Positions 11,539 to 26,000 of a stretch of 64,000 bases of DNA are shown here, piece after piece. Numbering within the stretch: the first letter of the stretch is position 1; the number at the start of each line of letters is the position of its first letter. The DNA is from Eledone cirrhosa (lineage: Eukaryota), in contig OZ024742.1 of assembly GCA_964016885.1 (NCBI GenBank), forward strand, positions 44,082,001 through 44,146,000. Reading direction: 5' to 3'. The notes beneath the pieces are model-generated. The model worked only from the letters and a program-made list of their open reading frames with translations, was not told the DNA's origin and searched no databases. Both the position numbers and the translations under genes were made by a program.

Positions 11539-11699
11539 GTAAGACATTTACCCTATCTCCATTTCATTCCATTTTTATTCTCCTACTTCCCCCTGTATGT
11601 CCTTGTTTTGTTTTTGTCTCGCAATATGTAGGTGTCAACTGAAATGGAGGAACTTTAGTCAAGCATGAAGTGCAATAAATTCACTACAAAAAGTCTGGA

Positions 11700-12150
11700 A
11701 AGCTCCCATCCCAAGATCTATGAAGTGTGGGATCTTCAAGGCTGTCGAGGCCATCTTGCTATATAGTTCAGAGTCCTGGACTCTGTCGCCCACTCAAGGA
11801 AACTTGATGGTCCCTACACCAAGATGTTACATGTAATGTTTAACATTTCGTGGCAAAGCCACACTACCAACAAGGTTCTTTATGGTGACCTACCACAAGT
11901 TTCATTGAAAGTTTGATTCCATCGCTTGGCTCTTGCTGGTCATGTTTCCTACTATGATAAACCTGTAGGAAAACTGCTTCTCTGGTCACCAGATGCAAAG
12001 CACTGAGTAGGATGTCCAAACATAACCATCAGGACTCTGTTGGCGAGGTAAACTGGCCTCACTGGATGGATCTTCTTGCTACAATGAGAAATCTGGAAGT
12101 CTGGAACAAGAACTTTGTGCATGCTTCACCTTCAATGGAGGGATGATTCA
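11700..12150 (+). mobile_element. Old degenerate RTE-clade LINE 3' fragment (different lineage)
   Basis: Pieces translate to FKAVEAILLYSSESWTL, LDGPYTKMLHVMFNISWQSHTTNKVLYGDLPQVS and RLALAGHV, typical of the RTE post-RT region. Stops and frameshifts are present. Confidence 0.75.
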
Positions 12151-12599
12151 AGAAAAGAAGGATGTTAGGTTTTTTTTACTTTTAACAACAAAAGGAATTT
12201 ATGAAAGAATAAACTACTTTTGTCTAGAACCCATAAACAAAAACATGCTTATAGGTGATTTCAGTGAACCCCAGAAAGTATATATTGTATGTTTTCCAAT
12301 CAGAAATGTGTAGTACTCTGACTAGACTTAACTACTTGACTCACACCCTTGTATGAACGGTTAACCCTAAATGTTTTTCATGTTTTATATTATATCTTGT
12401 GTTAATTGTCTGTTTTATAATAATCCTATACTTATTTTAACCCATCTATTAGATAACATCTTTATCTCAACCATTATTTTCAATTAATTTTGTTTGTTCA
12501 GCCCCACATATATTGTAATCCCTATGTATGTAACATTTATTGTATTATATGTGCAAGCCCTTTCTACTAATAAAAAAATCACTATGATCAGCATTTCAG

Positions 12600-12790
12600 T
12601 GTATTAGCAGAGATGTTAGTCTCAGATAAACTGCCTTGTTGTATTTAGTTGTGACCCTTTGTTCTGAGTTCAAATCTTACTGAGTTTGACCCTGCCTTTT
12701 GTCTTTCTGGAGTTGATAAAAGAAAATACTAGTTTAGTATTGTGGTTGATCTAATTGACTATGTCCCTTAAATTTGAGGCCATGTGTTTG
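12600..12790 (+). mobile_element. Degenerate SINE family B
   Basis: TTCTGAGTTCAAATC followed by a decayed GCCTTT...GTTGATAAA core. Confidence 0.55.
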
Positions 12791-13244
12791 TTATGGTGAT
12801 GGTATCCCATAGATTACTCAACCATGTGTTACACATGTCCACAAAGTGACCAGTGAGTGCTTCTCAAGTGGAAGCCAAAGGGGGAGATGGTATAAGAGGC
12901 AGAATAGAGCTGTCAAGACCTGGTTGAGATCTATGTACCTGGCAGACATAAACCTGACCTTACACCTTGCTGGATGGATATTTCTCATCACCCAATACTC
13001 TGTAGGTTCCTATCTTACAAATCAACTAATTTGTGTTAATTCTGATTGCATAATTCTAGTTTTTTTTTAATCCTTTTATTACCATAATGAAAGACACTGG
13101 CTATGGTTTTCAAATAATTTTGAAAGTAATCCACAATTTGAAGGGATTTAGGAATAAAACAAACTTTCTTGGCTTGTGTCTGAAACATAATAAAGTTTCT
13201 TCCATAAAATCATAGATTTTTAGATAAATATCAACACTTCAAAT

Positions 13245-13372
13245 GGTGGTAAATTGGCAGAGTTGATAGAATGCAGTATTCATTCTGGTTCTCTGTTCTC
13301 TGAGTTCAAATTCTATCGAAACCATCTTTGCCTTTCCTTTTGAGGAAAGTACCAGTCTAGTACTGGAGTCGA
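13245..13372 (+). mobile_element. SINE family B fragment
   Basis: GGTGGTAAATTGGCAGAG head, TCTGAGTTCAAAT, AAGTACCAGT. It is followed by a block similar to 6140-6515. Confidence 0.55.
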
Positions 13373-13664
13373 TTCTTCCTCTATATCTCTTTCTCACTTT
13401 CTCTCTCTCCTTCTCTGGAAGACATTGGTCATATTCAGATAAGAAAAAGGGATGATCTTCAGGTTAAAAACAAAAATGTCCAAGAAACACACTGTCACTG
13501 CAGCACCCCTAAAACTCTACCAGGAATTACGGGTCCATACATCTAAACACTTCAAAATAGTTTTGTATAAAAAAAAAAACGAGGGAGGTTTCAGGTGGTT
13601 TAATATTTTAAACAGTTGAATATTTTTTTGTTTTCAAAATTATCTTTTTGTTTGTGTTTAACAG

Positions 13665-13745
13665 AAAATTGGAGGTGCATTGCGGGATCTGTTATCTCAT
13701 GTTGATCTGTTGCTGCCCACCTTCCATCTGGAAGACCAACATCTG
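13665..13745 (+). CDS. PTK2: Focal adhesion kinase exon, FAT helix 2 (KIGGALRDLLSHVDLLLPTFHLEDQHL)
   Basis: Aligns to human EVGLALRTLLATVDETIPLLPASTHRE. AACAG acceptor, CTG|GTAGGT donor, 81 nt, phase 0/0. Too short for the ORF track. Confidence 0.93.
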
Positions 13746-14009
13746 GTAGGTTATTTATTAAACATTTATTGGTTGTGTAGCACTGGTACTGCCAGTGATT
13801 TGTCTGTATATGATTGTTGTGTATGTGGGGGTAAATGTGATTGGTGTGTGTATATATAGTACAGGTATTGTCAATGGTGTGTGTAAGTGACGGTAACTAT
13901 GGCTGGTGTGTTGATGTACAGTAGTGGCATTGTGATTAGTATGTGTAACACTGAGATGTATTTGGAGTTTACTGTAGTTGGTGTGCGTGTGGAGTACTGG
14001 TACTGTTAG

Positions 14010-17000
14010 TCATGTATGTATGTGGAAGTAATTGTGATTGGTGTGCGTATATGTAGGGTGCTAGCATTGTGATTGGTTGGTGTGACACTGATATATGCGA
14101 AAGTCACTGTGATTTGTTTGTGTGACTGATGTTTGTATGTGGAAGTCACTGTGATTGGTTGATGTGACACATGTGTGTATGTGAGAGTCACTGTGATTGG
14201 TTGATGTGACACTGTGATGTTTGTTGTATGTGGAAGTCACTGTGATTGGTTGATGTGACACTGTCATGTTTGTATGTGGAAGTCACTGTGATTGGTTGAT
14301 GTGACACTGTCATGTGTGTATGTGGAAGTCACTGTGATTGGTTGATGTGCCACTGTCATGTGTGTATGTGAAAGTCACTGTGATTGGTTGATGTGACACT
14401 GTCATGTGTGTATGTGGAAGTCACTGATTGGTTGATGTGACACTGTCATGTTTGTATGTGGAAGTCATTGTGATTGGTTGATGTGACACTGTCATGTGTG
14501 TATGTGGAAGTCACTGTGATTGGTTGATGTGACACTTTCATGTTTGTATGTGGAAGTCACTGTGATTGGTTGATGTGACACTGTCATGTGTGTATGTGGA
14601 AGTCACTGTGATTGGTTGATGTGCCACTGTCATGTGTGTATGTGAAAGTCACTGTGATTGGTTGATGTGACACTGTCATGTGTGTATGTGGAAGTCACTG
14701 TGATTGGTTGATGTGACACTCATGTGTGTATGTGAAAGTCACTGTGATTGGTTGATGTGACACTGTCATGTGTGTATGTGGAAGTCACTGTGATTGGTTG
14801 ATGTGACACTGTCATGTTTGTATGTGGAAGTTACTGTGATTGGTTGATGTGACACTGTCATGTGTGTATGTGGAAGTCACTGTGATTGGTTGATGTGCCA
14901 CTGTCATGTGTGTATGTGAAAGTCACTGTGATTGGTTGATGTGACACTGTCATGTGTGTATGTGGAAGTCACTGTGATTGGTTGATGTGACACTGTCATG
15001 TTTGTATGTGGAAGTCATTGTGATTGGTTGATGTGACACTGTCATGTGTGTATGTGGAAGTCACTGTGATTGGTTGATGTGACACTGTCATGTTTGTATG
15101 TGGAAGTCACTGTGATTGGTTGATGTGCCACTGTCATGTGTGTATGTGGAAGTCATTGTGATTGGTTGATGTGACACTGTCATGTGTGTATGTGGAAGTC
15201 ACTGTGATTGGTTGATGTGACACTGTCATGTGTGTATGTGGAAGTCACTGTGATTGGTTGATGTGACACTCGTGTGTGTATGTGGAAGTCACTGTGATTG
15301 GTTGATGTGCCACTGTCATGTGTGTATGTGAAAGTCACTGTGATTGGTTGATGTGACACTGTCATGTGTGTATGTGGAAGTCACTGTGATTGGTTGATGT
15401 GACACTGTCATGTTTGTATGTGAAAGTCACTGTGATTGGTTGATGTGACACTGTCATGTGTGTATGTGAAAGTCACTGTGATTGGTTGATGTGCCACTGT
15501 CATGTGTGTATGTGAAAGTCACTGTGATTGGTTGATGTGACACTGTCATGTGTGTATGTGGAAGTCACTGTTATTGGTTGATGTGACACTGTCATGTGTG
15601 TATGTGGAAGTCACTGTGATTGGTTGATGTGACGCTGTCATGTGTGTATGTGGAAGTCATTGTGATTGGTTGATGTGACACTGTCATGTGTGTATGTGAA
15701 AGTCACTGTGATTGGTTGATGTGACGCTGTCATGTGTGTATGTGGAAGTCACTGTGATTGGTTGATGTGACACTATCATGTGTGTATGTGGAAGTCACTG
15801 TGATTGGTTGACGTGACACTGTCATGTGTGTATGTGAAAGTCACTGTGATTGGTTGATGTGACACTGTCATGTGTGTATGTGGAAGTCACTGTGATTGGT
15901 TGATGTGCCACTGTCATGTGTGTATGTGAAACTTACTGTGATTGGTTGATGTGACACTCATGTGTGTATGTGGAAGTCACTGTGATTGGTTGATGTGACA
16001 CTCATGTGTGTATGTGGAAGTCACTGTGATTGGTTGATGTGACACTGTCATGTGTGTATGTGAAAGTCACTGTGATTGGTTGATGTGACACTGTCATGTT
16101 TGTATGTGGAAGTCACTGTGATTGGTTGATGTGACACTGTCATGTGTATGTGGAAGTCACTGTGATTGGTTGATGTGACACTCATGTGTGTATGTGGAAG
16201 TCACTGTGATTGGTTGATGTGACACTCGTGTGTGTATGTGGAAGTCACTGTGATTGGTTGATGTGACACTCGTGTGTGTATGTGGAAGTCACTGTGATTG
16301 GTTGATGTGCCACTGTCATGTGTGTATGTGAAAGTCACTGTGATTGGTTGATGTGACACTCGTGTGTGTATGTGGAAGTCACTGTGATTGGTTGATGTGA
16401 CACTGTCATGTTTGTATGTGGAAGTCACTGTGATTGGTTGATGTGACACTGTCATGTGTGTATGTGGAAGTCACTGTGATTGGTTGATGTGACACTCGTG
16501 TGTGTATGTGGAAGTCACTGTGATTGGTTGATGTGCCACTGTCATGTGTGTATGTGAAAGTCACTGTGATTGGTTGATGTGACACTGTCATGTGTGTATG
16601 TGGAAGTCACTGTGATTGGTTGATGTGACACTGTCATGTTTGTATGTGGAAGTCACTGTGATTGGTTGATGTGACACTGTCATGTGTGTATGTGGAAGTC
16701 ACTGTGATTGGTTGATGTGACACTCGTGTGTGTATGTGGAAGTCACTGTGATTGGTTGATGTGACACTGTCATGTTTGTATGTGGAAGTCACTGTGATTG
16801 GTTGATGTGACACTCATGTGTGTATGTGGAAGTCACTGTGATTGGTTGATGTGACACTGTCATGTGTGTATGTGGAAGTCACTGTGATTGGTTGATGTGA
16901 CACTGTCATGTGTGTATGTGGAAGTCACTGTGATTGGTTGATGTGACACTGTCATGTGTGTATGTGGAAGTCACTGTGATTGGTTGATGTGACACTGTCA

Positions 17001-20000
17001 TGTTTGTATGTGGAAGTCACTGTGATTGGTTGATGTGACACTCATGTGTGTATGTGGAAGTCACTGTGATTGGTTGATGTGACACTCATGTGTGTATGTG
17101 GAAGTCACTGTGATTGGTTGATGTGACACTGTCATGTGTGTATGTGAAAGTCACTGTAATTGGTTGATGTGACACTCATGTGTGTATGTGGAAGTCACTG
17201 TGATTGGTTGATGTGACACTATCATGTGTGTATGTGAAAGTCACTGTGATTGGTTGATGTGACACTGTCATGTGTGTATGTGGAAGTCACTGTGATTGGT
17301 TGATGTGACACTGTCATGTGTGTATGTGGAAGTCACTGTGATTGGTTGATGTGACACTGTCATGTGTGTATGTGAAAATCACTGTGATTGGTTGATGTGA
17401 CGCTGTCATGTGTGTATGTGGAGGTCACTGTGATTGGTTGATGTGACACTCATGTGTGTATGTGGAAGTCACTGTGATTGGTTGATGTGACACTGTCATG
17501 TGTGTATGTGGAAGTCACTGTGATTGGTTGATGTGACACTCATGTGTGTATGTGGAAGTCACTGTGATTGGTTGATGTGACACTGTCATGTGTGTATGTG
17601 GAAGTCACTGTTATTGGTTGATGTGACTGTCATGTGTGTATGTGAAAATCACTGTGATTGGTTGATGTGACGCTGTCATGTGTGTATGTGGAAGTCACTG
17701 TGATTGGTTGATGTGACACTGTCATGTTTGTATGTGGAAGTCACTGTGATTGGTTGATGTGCCACTGTCATGTGTGTATGTGGAAGTCACTGTGATTGGT
17801 TGATGTGACACTGTCATGTGTGTATGTGGAAGTCACTGTGATTGGTTGATGTGACACTCATGTGTGTATGTGGAAGTCACTGTGATTGGTTGATGTGACA
17901 CTGTCATGTGTGTATGTGGAAGTCACTGTGATTGGTTGATGTGACACTGTCATGTGTGTATGTGGAAGTCACTGTGATTGGTTGATGTGACACTGTCATG
18001 TGTGTATGTGGAAGTCACTGTGATTGGTTGATGTGACACTCGTGTGTGTATGTGGAAGTCACTGTGATTGGTTGATGTGCCACTGTCATGTGTGTATATG
18101 GAAGTCACTGTGATTGGTTGATGTGACACTGTCATGTGTGTATGTGAAAGTCACTGTGATTGGTTGATGTGACACTCATGTGTGTATGTGGAAGTCACTG
18201 TGATTGGTTGATGTGACACTCATGTGTGTATGTGGAAGTCACTGTGGTTGGTTGATGTGACACTGTCATGTTTGTATGTGGAAGTCACTGTGATTGGTTG
18301 ATGTGACACTCATGTGTGTATGTGGAAGTCACTGTGATTGGTTGATGTGACACTGTCATGTGTGTATGTGGAAGTCACTGTGATTGGTTGATGTGACACT
18401 GTCATGTGTGTATGTGGAAGTCACTGTGATTGGTTGATGTGACACTCATGTGTGTATGTGGAAGTCACTGTGATTGGTTGATGTGCCACTGTCATGTGTG
18501 TATGTGGAAGTCACTGTGATTGGTTGATGTGACACTGTCATGTTTGTATGTGGAAGTCACTGTGATTGGTTGATGTGACACTATCATGTGTGTATGTGAA
18601 AGTCACTGTGATTGGTTGATGTGACGCTGTCATGTGTGTATGTGAAAATCACTGTGATTGGTTGATGTGACGCTGTCATGTGTGTATGTGGAAGTCACTG
18701 TGATTGGTTGATGTGACACTGTCATGTGTGTATGTGGAAGTCACTGTGATTGGTTGATGTGACACTGTCATGTGTGTATGTGGAAGTCACTGTGATTGGT
18801 TGATGTGCCACTGTCATGTGTGTATGTGGAAGTCACTGTGATTGGTTGATGTGACACTGTCATGTTTGTATGTGGAAGTCACTGTGATTGGTTGATGTGC
18901 CATTGTCATGTGTGTATGTGGAAGTCACTGTGATTGGTTGATGTGACACTGTCGTGTGTGTATGTGGAAGTCACTGTGATTGGTTGATGTGACACTGTCA
19001 TGTTTGTATGTGGAAGTCACTGTGATTGGTTGATGTGACACTCATGTCTGTATGTGGAAGTCACTGTGATTGGTTGATGTGACACTGTCATGTGTGTATG
19101 TGGAAGTCACTGTGATTGGTTGATGTGACACTGTCATGTGTGTATGTGGAAGTCACTGTGATTGGTTGATGTGACACTGTCATGTGTGTATGTGGAAGTC
19201 ACTGTGATTGGTTGATGTGACACTCATGTGTGTATGTGGAAGTCACTGTGATTGGTTGATGTGACACTCATGTGTGTATGTGGAAGTCACTGTGATTGGT
19301 TGATGTGACACTATCATGTGTGTATGTGAAAGTCACTGTGATTGGTTGATGTGACACTGTCATGTGTGTATGTGAAAATCACTGTGATTGGTTGATGTGA
19401 CACTCATGTGTGTATGTGGAAGTCACTGTGATTGGTTGATGTGACGCTGTCATGTTTGTATGTGGAAGTCACTGTGATTGGTTGATGTGACACTGTCATG
19501 TGTGTATGTGGAAGTCACTGTGATTGGTTGATGTGACACTCGTGTGTGTATGTGGAAGTCACTGTGATTGGTTGATGTGCCACTGTCATGTGTGTATGTG
19601 AAAGTCACTGTGATTGGTTGATGTGACACTGTCATGTGTGTATGTGGAAGTCACTGTGATAGGTTGATGTGACACTGTCATGTTTGTATGTGGAAGTCAC
19701 TGTGATTGGTTGATGTGACACTGTCATGTGTGTATGTGGAAGTCACTGTGATTGGTTGATGTGACACTCGTGTGTGTATGTGGAAGTCACTGTGATTGGT
19801 TGATGTGACACTGTCATGTTTGTATGTGGAAGTCACTGTGATTGGTTGATGTGACACTCATGTGTGTATGTGGAAGTCACTGTGATTGGTTGATGTGACA
19901 CTGTCATGTGTGTATGTGGAAGTCACTGTGATTGGTTGATGTGACACTGTCATGTGTGTATGTGGAAGTCACTGTGATTGGTTGATGTGACACTGTCATG

Positions 20001-23000
20001 TGCGTATGTGGAAGTCACTGTGATTGGTTGATGTGACACTGTCATGTTTGTATGTGGAAGTCACTGTGATTGGTTGATGTGACACTCATGTGTGTATGTG
20101 GAAGTCACTGTGATTGGTTGATGTGACACTCATGTGTGTATGTGGAAGTCACTGTGATTGGTTGATGTGACACTGTCATGTGTGTATGTGAAAGTCACTG
20201 TAATTGGTTGATGTGACACTCATGTGTGTATGTGGAAGTCACTGTGATTGGTTGATGTGACACTATCATGTGTGTATGTGAAAGTCACTGTGATTGGTTG
20301 ATGTGACACTGTCATGTGTGTATGTGGAAGTCACTGTGATTGGTTGATGTGACACTGTCATGTGTGTATGTGGAAGTCACTGTGATTGGTTGATGTGACA
20401 CTGTCATGTGTGTATGTGAAAATCACTGTGATTGGTTGATGTGACGCTGTCATGTGTGTATGTGGAAGTCACTGTGATTGGTTGATGTGACACTCATGTG
20501 TGTATGTGGAAGTCACTGTGATTGGTTGATGTGACACTGTCATGTGTGTATGTGGAAGTCACTGTGATTGGTTGATGTGACACATGTGTGTATGTGGAAG
20601 TCACTGTGATTGGTTGATGTGCCACTGTCATGTGTGTATGTGAAAGTCACTGTGATTGGTTGATGTGACACTGTCATGTGTGTATGTGGAAGTCACTGTT
20701 ATTGGTTGATGTGACTGTCATGTGTGTATGTGAAAATCACTGTGATTGGTTGATGTGACGCTGTCATGTGTGTATGTGGAAGTCACTGTGATTGGTTGAT
20801 GTGACACTGTCATGTTTGTATGTGGAAGTCACTGTGATTGGTTGATGTGCCACTGTCATGTGTGTATGTGGAAGTCACTGTGATTGGTTGATGTGACACT
20901 GTCATGTGTGTATGTGGAAGTCACTGTGATTGGTTGATGTGACACTCATGTGTGTATGTGGAAGTCACTGTGATTGGTTGATGTGACACTGTCATGTGTG
21001 TATGTGGAAGTCACTGTGATTGGTTGATGTGACACTGTCATGTGTGTATGTGGAAGTCACTGTGATTGGTTGATGTGACACTGTCATGTGTGTATGTGGA
21101 AGTCACTGTGATTGGTTGATGTGACACTCGTGTGTGTATGTGGAAGTCACTGTGATTGGTTGATGTGCCACTGTCATGTGTGTATATGGAAGTCACTGTG
21201 ATTGGTTGATGTGACACTGTCATGTGTGTATGTGAAAGTCACTGTGATTGGTTGATGTGACAGTCATGTGTGTATGTGGAAGTCACTGTGATTGGTTGAT
21301 GTGACACTCATGTGTGTATGTGGAAGTCACTGTGGTTGGTTGATGTGACACTGTCATGTTTGTATGTGGAAGTCACTGTGATTGGTTGATGTGACACTCA
21401 TGTGTGTATGTGGAAGTCACTGTGATTGGTTGATGTGACACTGTCATGTGTGTATGTGGAAGTCACTGTGATTGGTTGATGTGACACTGTCATGTGTGTA
21501 TGTGGAAGTCACTGTGATTGGTTGATGTGACACTCATGTGTGTATGTGGAAGTCACTGTGATTGGTTGATGTGCCACTGTCATGTGTGTATGTGGAAGTC
21601 ACTGTGATTGGTTGATGTGACACTGTCATGTTTGTATGTGGAAGTCACTGTGATTGGTTGATGTGACACTATCATGTGTGTATGTGAAAGTCACTGTGAT
21701 TGGTTGATGTGACGCTGTCATGTGTGTATGTGAAAATCACTGTGATTGGTTGATGTGACGCTGTCATGTGTGTATGTGGAAGTCACTGTGATTGGTTGAT
21801 GTGACACTGTCATGTGTGTATGTGGAAGTCACTGTGATTGGTTGATGTGACACTGTCATGTGTGTATGTGGAAGTCACTGTGATTGGTTGATGTGCCACT
21901 GTCATGTGTGTATGTGGAAGTCACTGTGATTGGTTGATGTGACACTGTCATGTTTGTATGTGGAAGTCACTGTGATTGGTTGATGTGCCATTGTCATGTG
22001 TGTATGTGGAAGTCACTGTGATTGGTTGATGTGACACTGTCATGTGTGTATGTGGAAGTCACTGTGATTGGTTGATGTGACACTGTCATGTTTGTATGTG
22101 GAAGTCACTGTGATTGGTTGATGTGACACTCATGTCTGTATGTGGAAGTCACTGTGATTGGTTGATGTGACACTGTCATGTGTGTATGTGGAAGTCACTG
22201 TGATTGGTTGATGTGACACTGTCATGTGTGTATGTGGAAGTCACTGTGATTGGTTGATGTGACACTGTCATGTGTGTATGTGGAAGTCACTGTGATTGGT
22301 TGATGTGACACTCATGTGTGTATGTGGAAGTCACTGTGATTGGTTGATGTGACACTCATGTGTGTATGTGGAAGTCACTGTGATTGGTTGATGTGACACT
22401 ATCATGTGTGTATGTGAAAGTCACTGTGATTGGTTGATGTGACACTGTCATGTGTGTATGTGAAAATCACTGTGATTGGTTGATGTGACACTCATGTGTG
22501 TATGTGGAAGTCACTGTGATTGGTTGATGTGACGCTGTCATGTTTGTATGTGGAAGTCACTGTGATTGGTTGATGTGACACTGTCATGTTTGTATGTGGA
22601 AGTCACTGTGATTGGTTGATGTGCCACTGTCATGTGTGTATGTGAAAGTTACTGTGATTGGTTGATGTGACACTGTCATGTGTGTATGTGGAAGTCACTG
22701 TGATTGGTTGATGTGACACTGTCATGTTTGTATGTGGAAGTCACTGTGATTGGTTGATGTGACACTCATGTGTGTATGTGGAAGTCACTGTGATTGGTTG
22801 ATGTGACACTGTCATGTGTGTATGTGGAAGTCACTGTGATTGGTTGATGTGACACTCATGTGTGTATGTGGAAGTCACTGTGATTGGTTGATGTGACACT
22901 GTCATGTTTGTATGTGGAAGTCACTGTGATTGGTTGATGTGACACTCATGTGTGTATGTGGAAGTCACTGTGATTGGTTGATGTGACACTGTCATGTGTG

Positions 23001-26000
23001 TATGTGGAAGTCACTGTGATTGGTTGATGTGCCACTGTCATGTGTGTATGTGAAAGTCACTGTGATTGGTTGATGTGACACTGTCATGTGTGTATGTGGA
23101 AGTCATTGTGATTGGTTGATGTGACACTGTCATGTGTGTATGTGAAAGTCACTGTGATTGGTTGATGTGACACTGTCATCTGTGTATGTGAAAGTCACTG
23201 TGATTGGTTGATGTGACACTGTCATGTGTGTATGTGGAAGTCACTGTGATTGGTTGATGTGACACTGTCATGTGTATGTGGAAGTCACTGTGATTGGTTG
23301 ATGTGACACTGTCATGTTTGTATGTGGAAGTCACTGATTGGTTGATGTGACACTGTCATGTGTGTATGTGGAAGTCATTGTGATTGGTTGATGTGCCACT
23401 GTCATGTGTGTATGTGAAAGTCACTGTGATTGGTTGATGTGACACTGTCATGTGTGTATGTGGAAGTCACTGTGATTGGTTGATGTGACACTGTCATGTG
23501 TGTATGTGAAAGTCACTGTGATTGGTTGATGTGACACTGTCATGTGTGTATGTGGAAGTCACTGTGATTGGTTGATGTGACACTGTCATGTGTGTATGTG
23601 GAAGTCACTGTGATTGGTTGATGTGCCACTGTCATGTGTGTATGTGGAAGTCTCTGTGATTGGTTGATCTGACACTGTCATGTGTGTATGTGGAAGTCAC
23701 TGATTGGTTGATGTGACACTCATGTGTGTATGTGGAAGTCACTGTGATTGGTTGATGTGACACTGTCATGTGTGTATGTGGAAGTCACTGTGATTGGTTG
23801 ATGGGACACTGTCATGTGTGTATGTGGAAGTCACTGTGATTGGTTGATGTGACACTGTCATGTGTGTATGTGGAAGTCACTGTGATTGGTTGATGTGACA
23901 CTGTCATGTGTGTATGTGGAAGTCACTGTGATTTGTTGATGTGACACTGTCATGTGTGTATGTGGAAGTCACTGTGATTGGTTGATGTGCCACTGTCATG
24001 TGTGTATGTGGAAGTCACTGTCATGTGTGTATGTGGAAGTCACTGTGATTGGTTGATGTGACACTGTCATGTGTGTATGTGGAAGTCACTGTGATTGGTT
24101 GATGTGACACTGTCATGTTTGTATGTGGAAGTCACTGTGATTGGTTGATGTGACACTCGTGTGTATGTGGAAGTCACTGATTGGTTGATGTGACACTCAT
24201 GTGTGTATGTGGAAGTCACTGTGATTGGTTGATGTGACACTGTCATGTTTGTATGTGGAAGTCACTGTGATTGGTTGATGTGACACTGTCATGTATGTAT
24301 GTGGAAGTCACTGTGATTGGTTGATGTGACACTGTCATGTGTGTATGTGGAAGTCACTGTGATTGGTTGATGTGACACTGTCATGTTTGTATGTGGAAGT
24401 CACTGTGATTGGTTGATGTGACACTGTCATGTGTGTATGTGGAAGTCACTGTGATTGGTTGATGTGCCACTGTCATGTGTGTATGTGAAAGTCACTGTGA
24501 TTGGTTGATGTGACACTGTCATGTGTGTATGTGGAAGTCACTGTGATTGGTTGATGTGACACTCATGTGTGTATGTGAAAGTCACTGTGATTGGTTGATG
24601 TGACACTGTCATGTGTGTATGTGGAAGTCACTGTGATTGGTTGATGTGACACTGTCATGTTTGTATGTGGAAGTCATTGTGATTGGTTGATGTGACACTG
24701 TCATGTGTGTATGTGGAAGTCACTGTGATTGGTTGATGTGACACTGTCATGTTTGTATGTGGAAGTCACTGTGATTGGTTGATGTGCCACTGTCATGTGT
24801 GTATGTGGAAGTCATTGTGATTGGTTGATGTGACACTGTCATGTGTGTATGTGGAAGTCACTGTGATTGGTTGATGTGACACTGTCATGTTTGTATGTGA
24901 AAGTCACTGTGATTGGTTGATGTGACACTGTCATGTGTGTATGTGAAAGTCACTGTGATTGGTTGATGTGCCACTGTCATGTGTGTATGTGAAAGTCACT
25001 GTGATTGGTTGATGTGACACTGTCATGTGTGTATGTGGAAGTCACTGTTATTGGTTGATGTGACACTGTCATGTGTGTATGTGGAAGTCACTGTGATTGG
25101 TTGATGTGATGCTGTCATGTGTGTATGTGGAAGTCATTGTGATTGGTTGATGTGACACTGTCATGTGTGTATGTGAAAGTCACTGTGATTGGTTGATGTG
25201 ACGCTGTCATGTGTGTATGTGGAAGTCACTGTGATTGGTTGATGTGACACTATCATGTGTGTATGTGGAAGTCACTGTGATTGGTTGACGTGACACTGTC
25301 ATGTGTGTATGTGAAAGTCACTGTGATTGGTTGATGTGACACTGTCATGTGTGTATGTGGAAGTCACTGTGATTGGTTGATGTGCCACTGTCATGTGTGT
25401 ATGTGAAAGTTACTGTGATTGGTTGATGTGACACTCATGTGTGTATGTGGAAGTCACTGTGATTGGTTGATGTGACACTCATGTGTGTATGTGGAAGTCA
25501 CTGTGATTGGTTGATGTGACACTGTCATGTGTGTATGTGAAAGTCACTGTGATTGGTTGATGTGACACTGTCATGTTTGTATGTGGAAGTCACTGTGATT
25601 GGTTGATGTGACACTGTCATGTGTATGTGGAAGTCACTGTGATTGGTTGATGTGACAGTCATGTGTGTATGTGGAAGTCACTGTGATTGGTTGATGTGCC
25701 ACTGTCATGTGTGTATGTGGAAGTCACTGTGATTGGTTGATGTGACACTCGTGTGTGTATGTGGAAGTCACTGTGATTGGTTGATGTGACACTCGTGTGT
25801 GTATGTGGAAGTCACTGTGATTGGTTGATGTGCCACTGTCATGTGTGTATGTGAAAGTCACTGTGATTGGTTGATGTGACACTGTCATGTGTGTATGTGG
25901 AAGTCACTGTGATTGGTTGATGTGACACTGTCATGTGTGTATGTGGAAGTCACTGTGATTGGTTGATGTGACACTGTCATGTTTGTATGTGGAAGTCACT

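Noticed and set aside
11299-11631. 110-aa ORF as a stand-alone gene
   Set aside because: Only 11398-11538 is FAK-like and bounded by splice sites. The rest is intron read-through.
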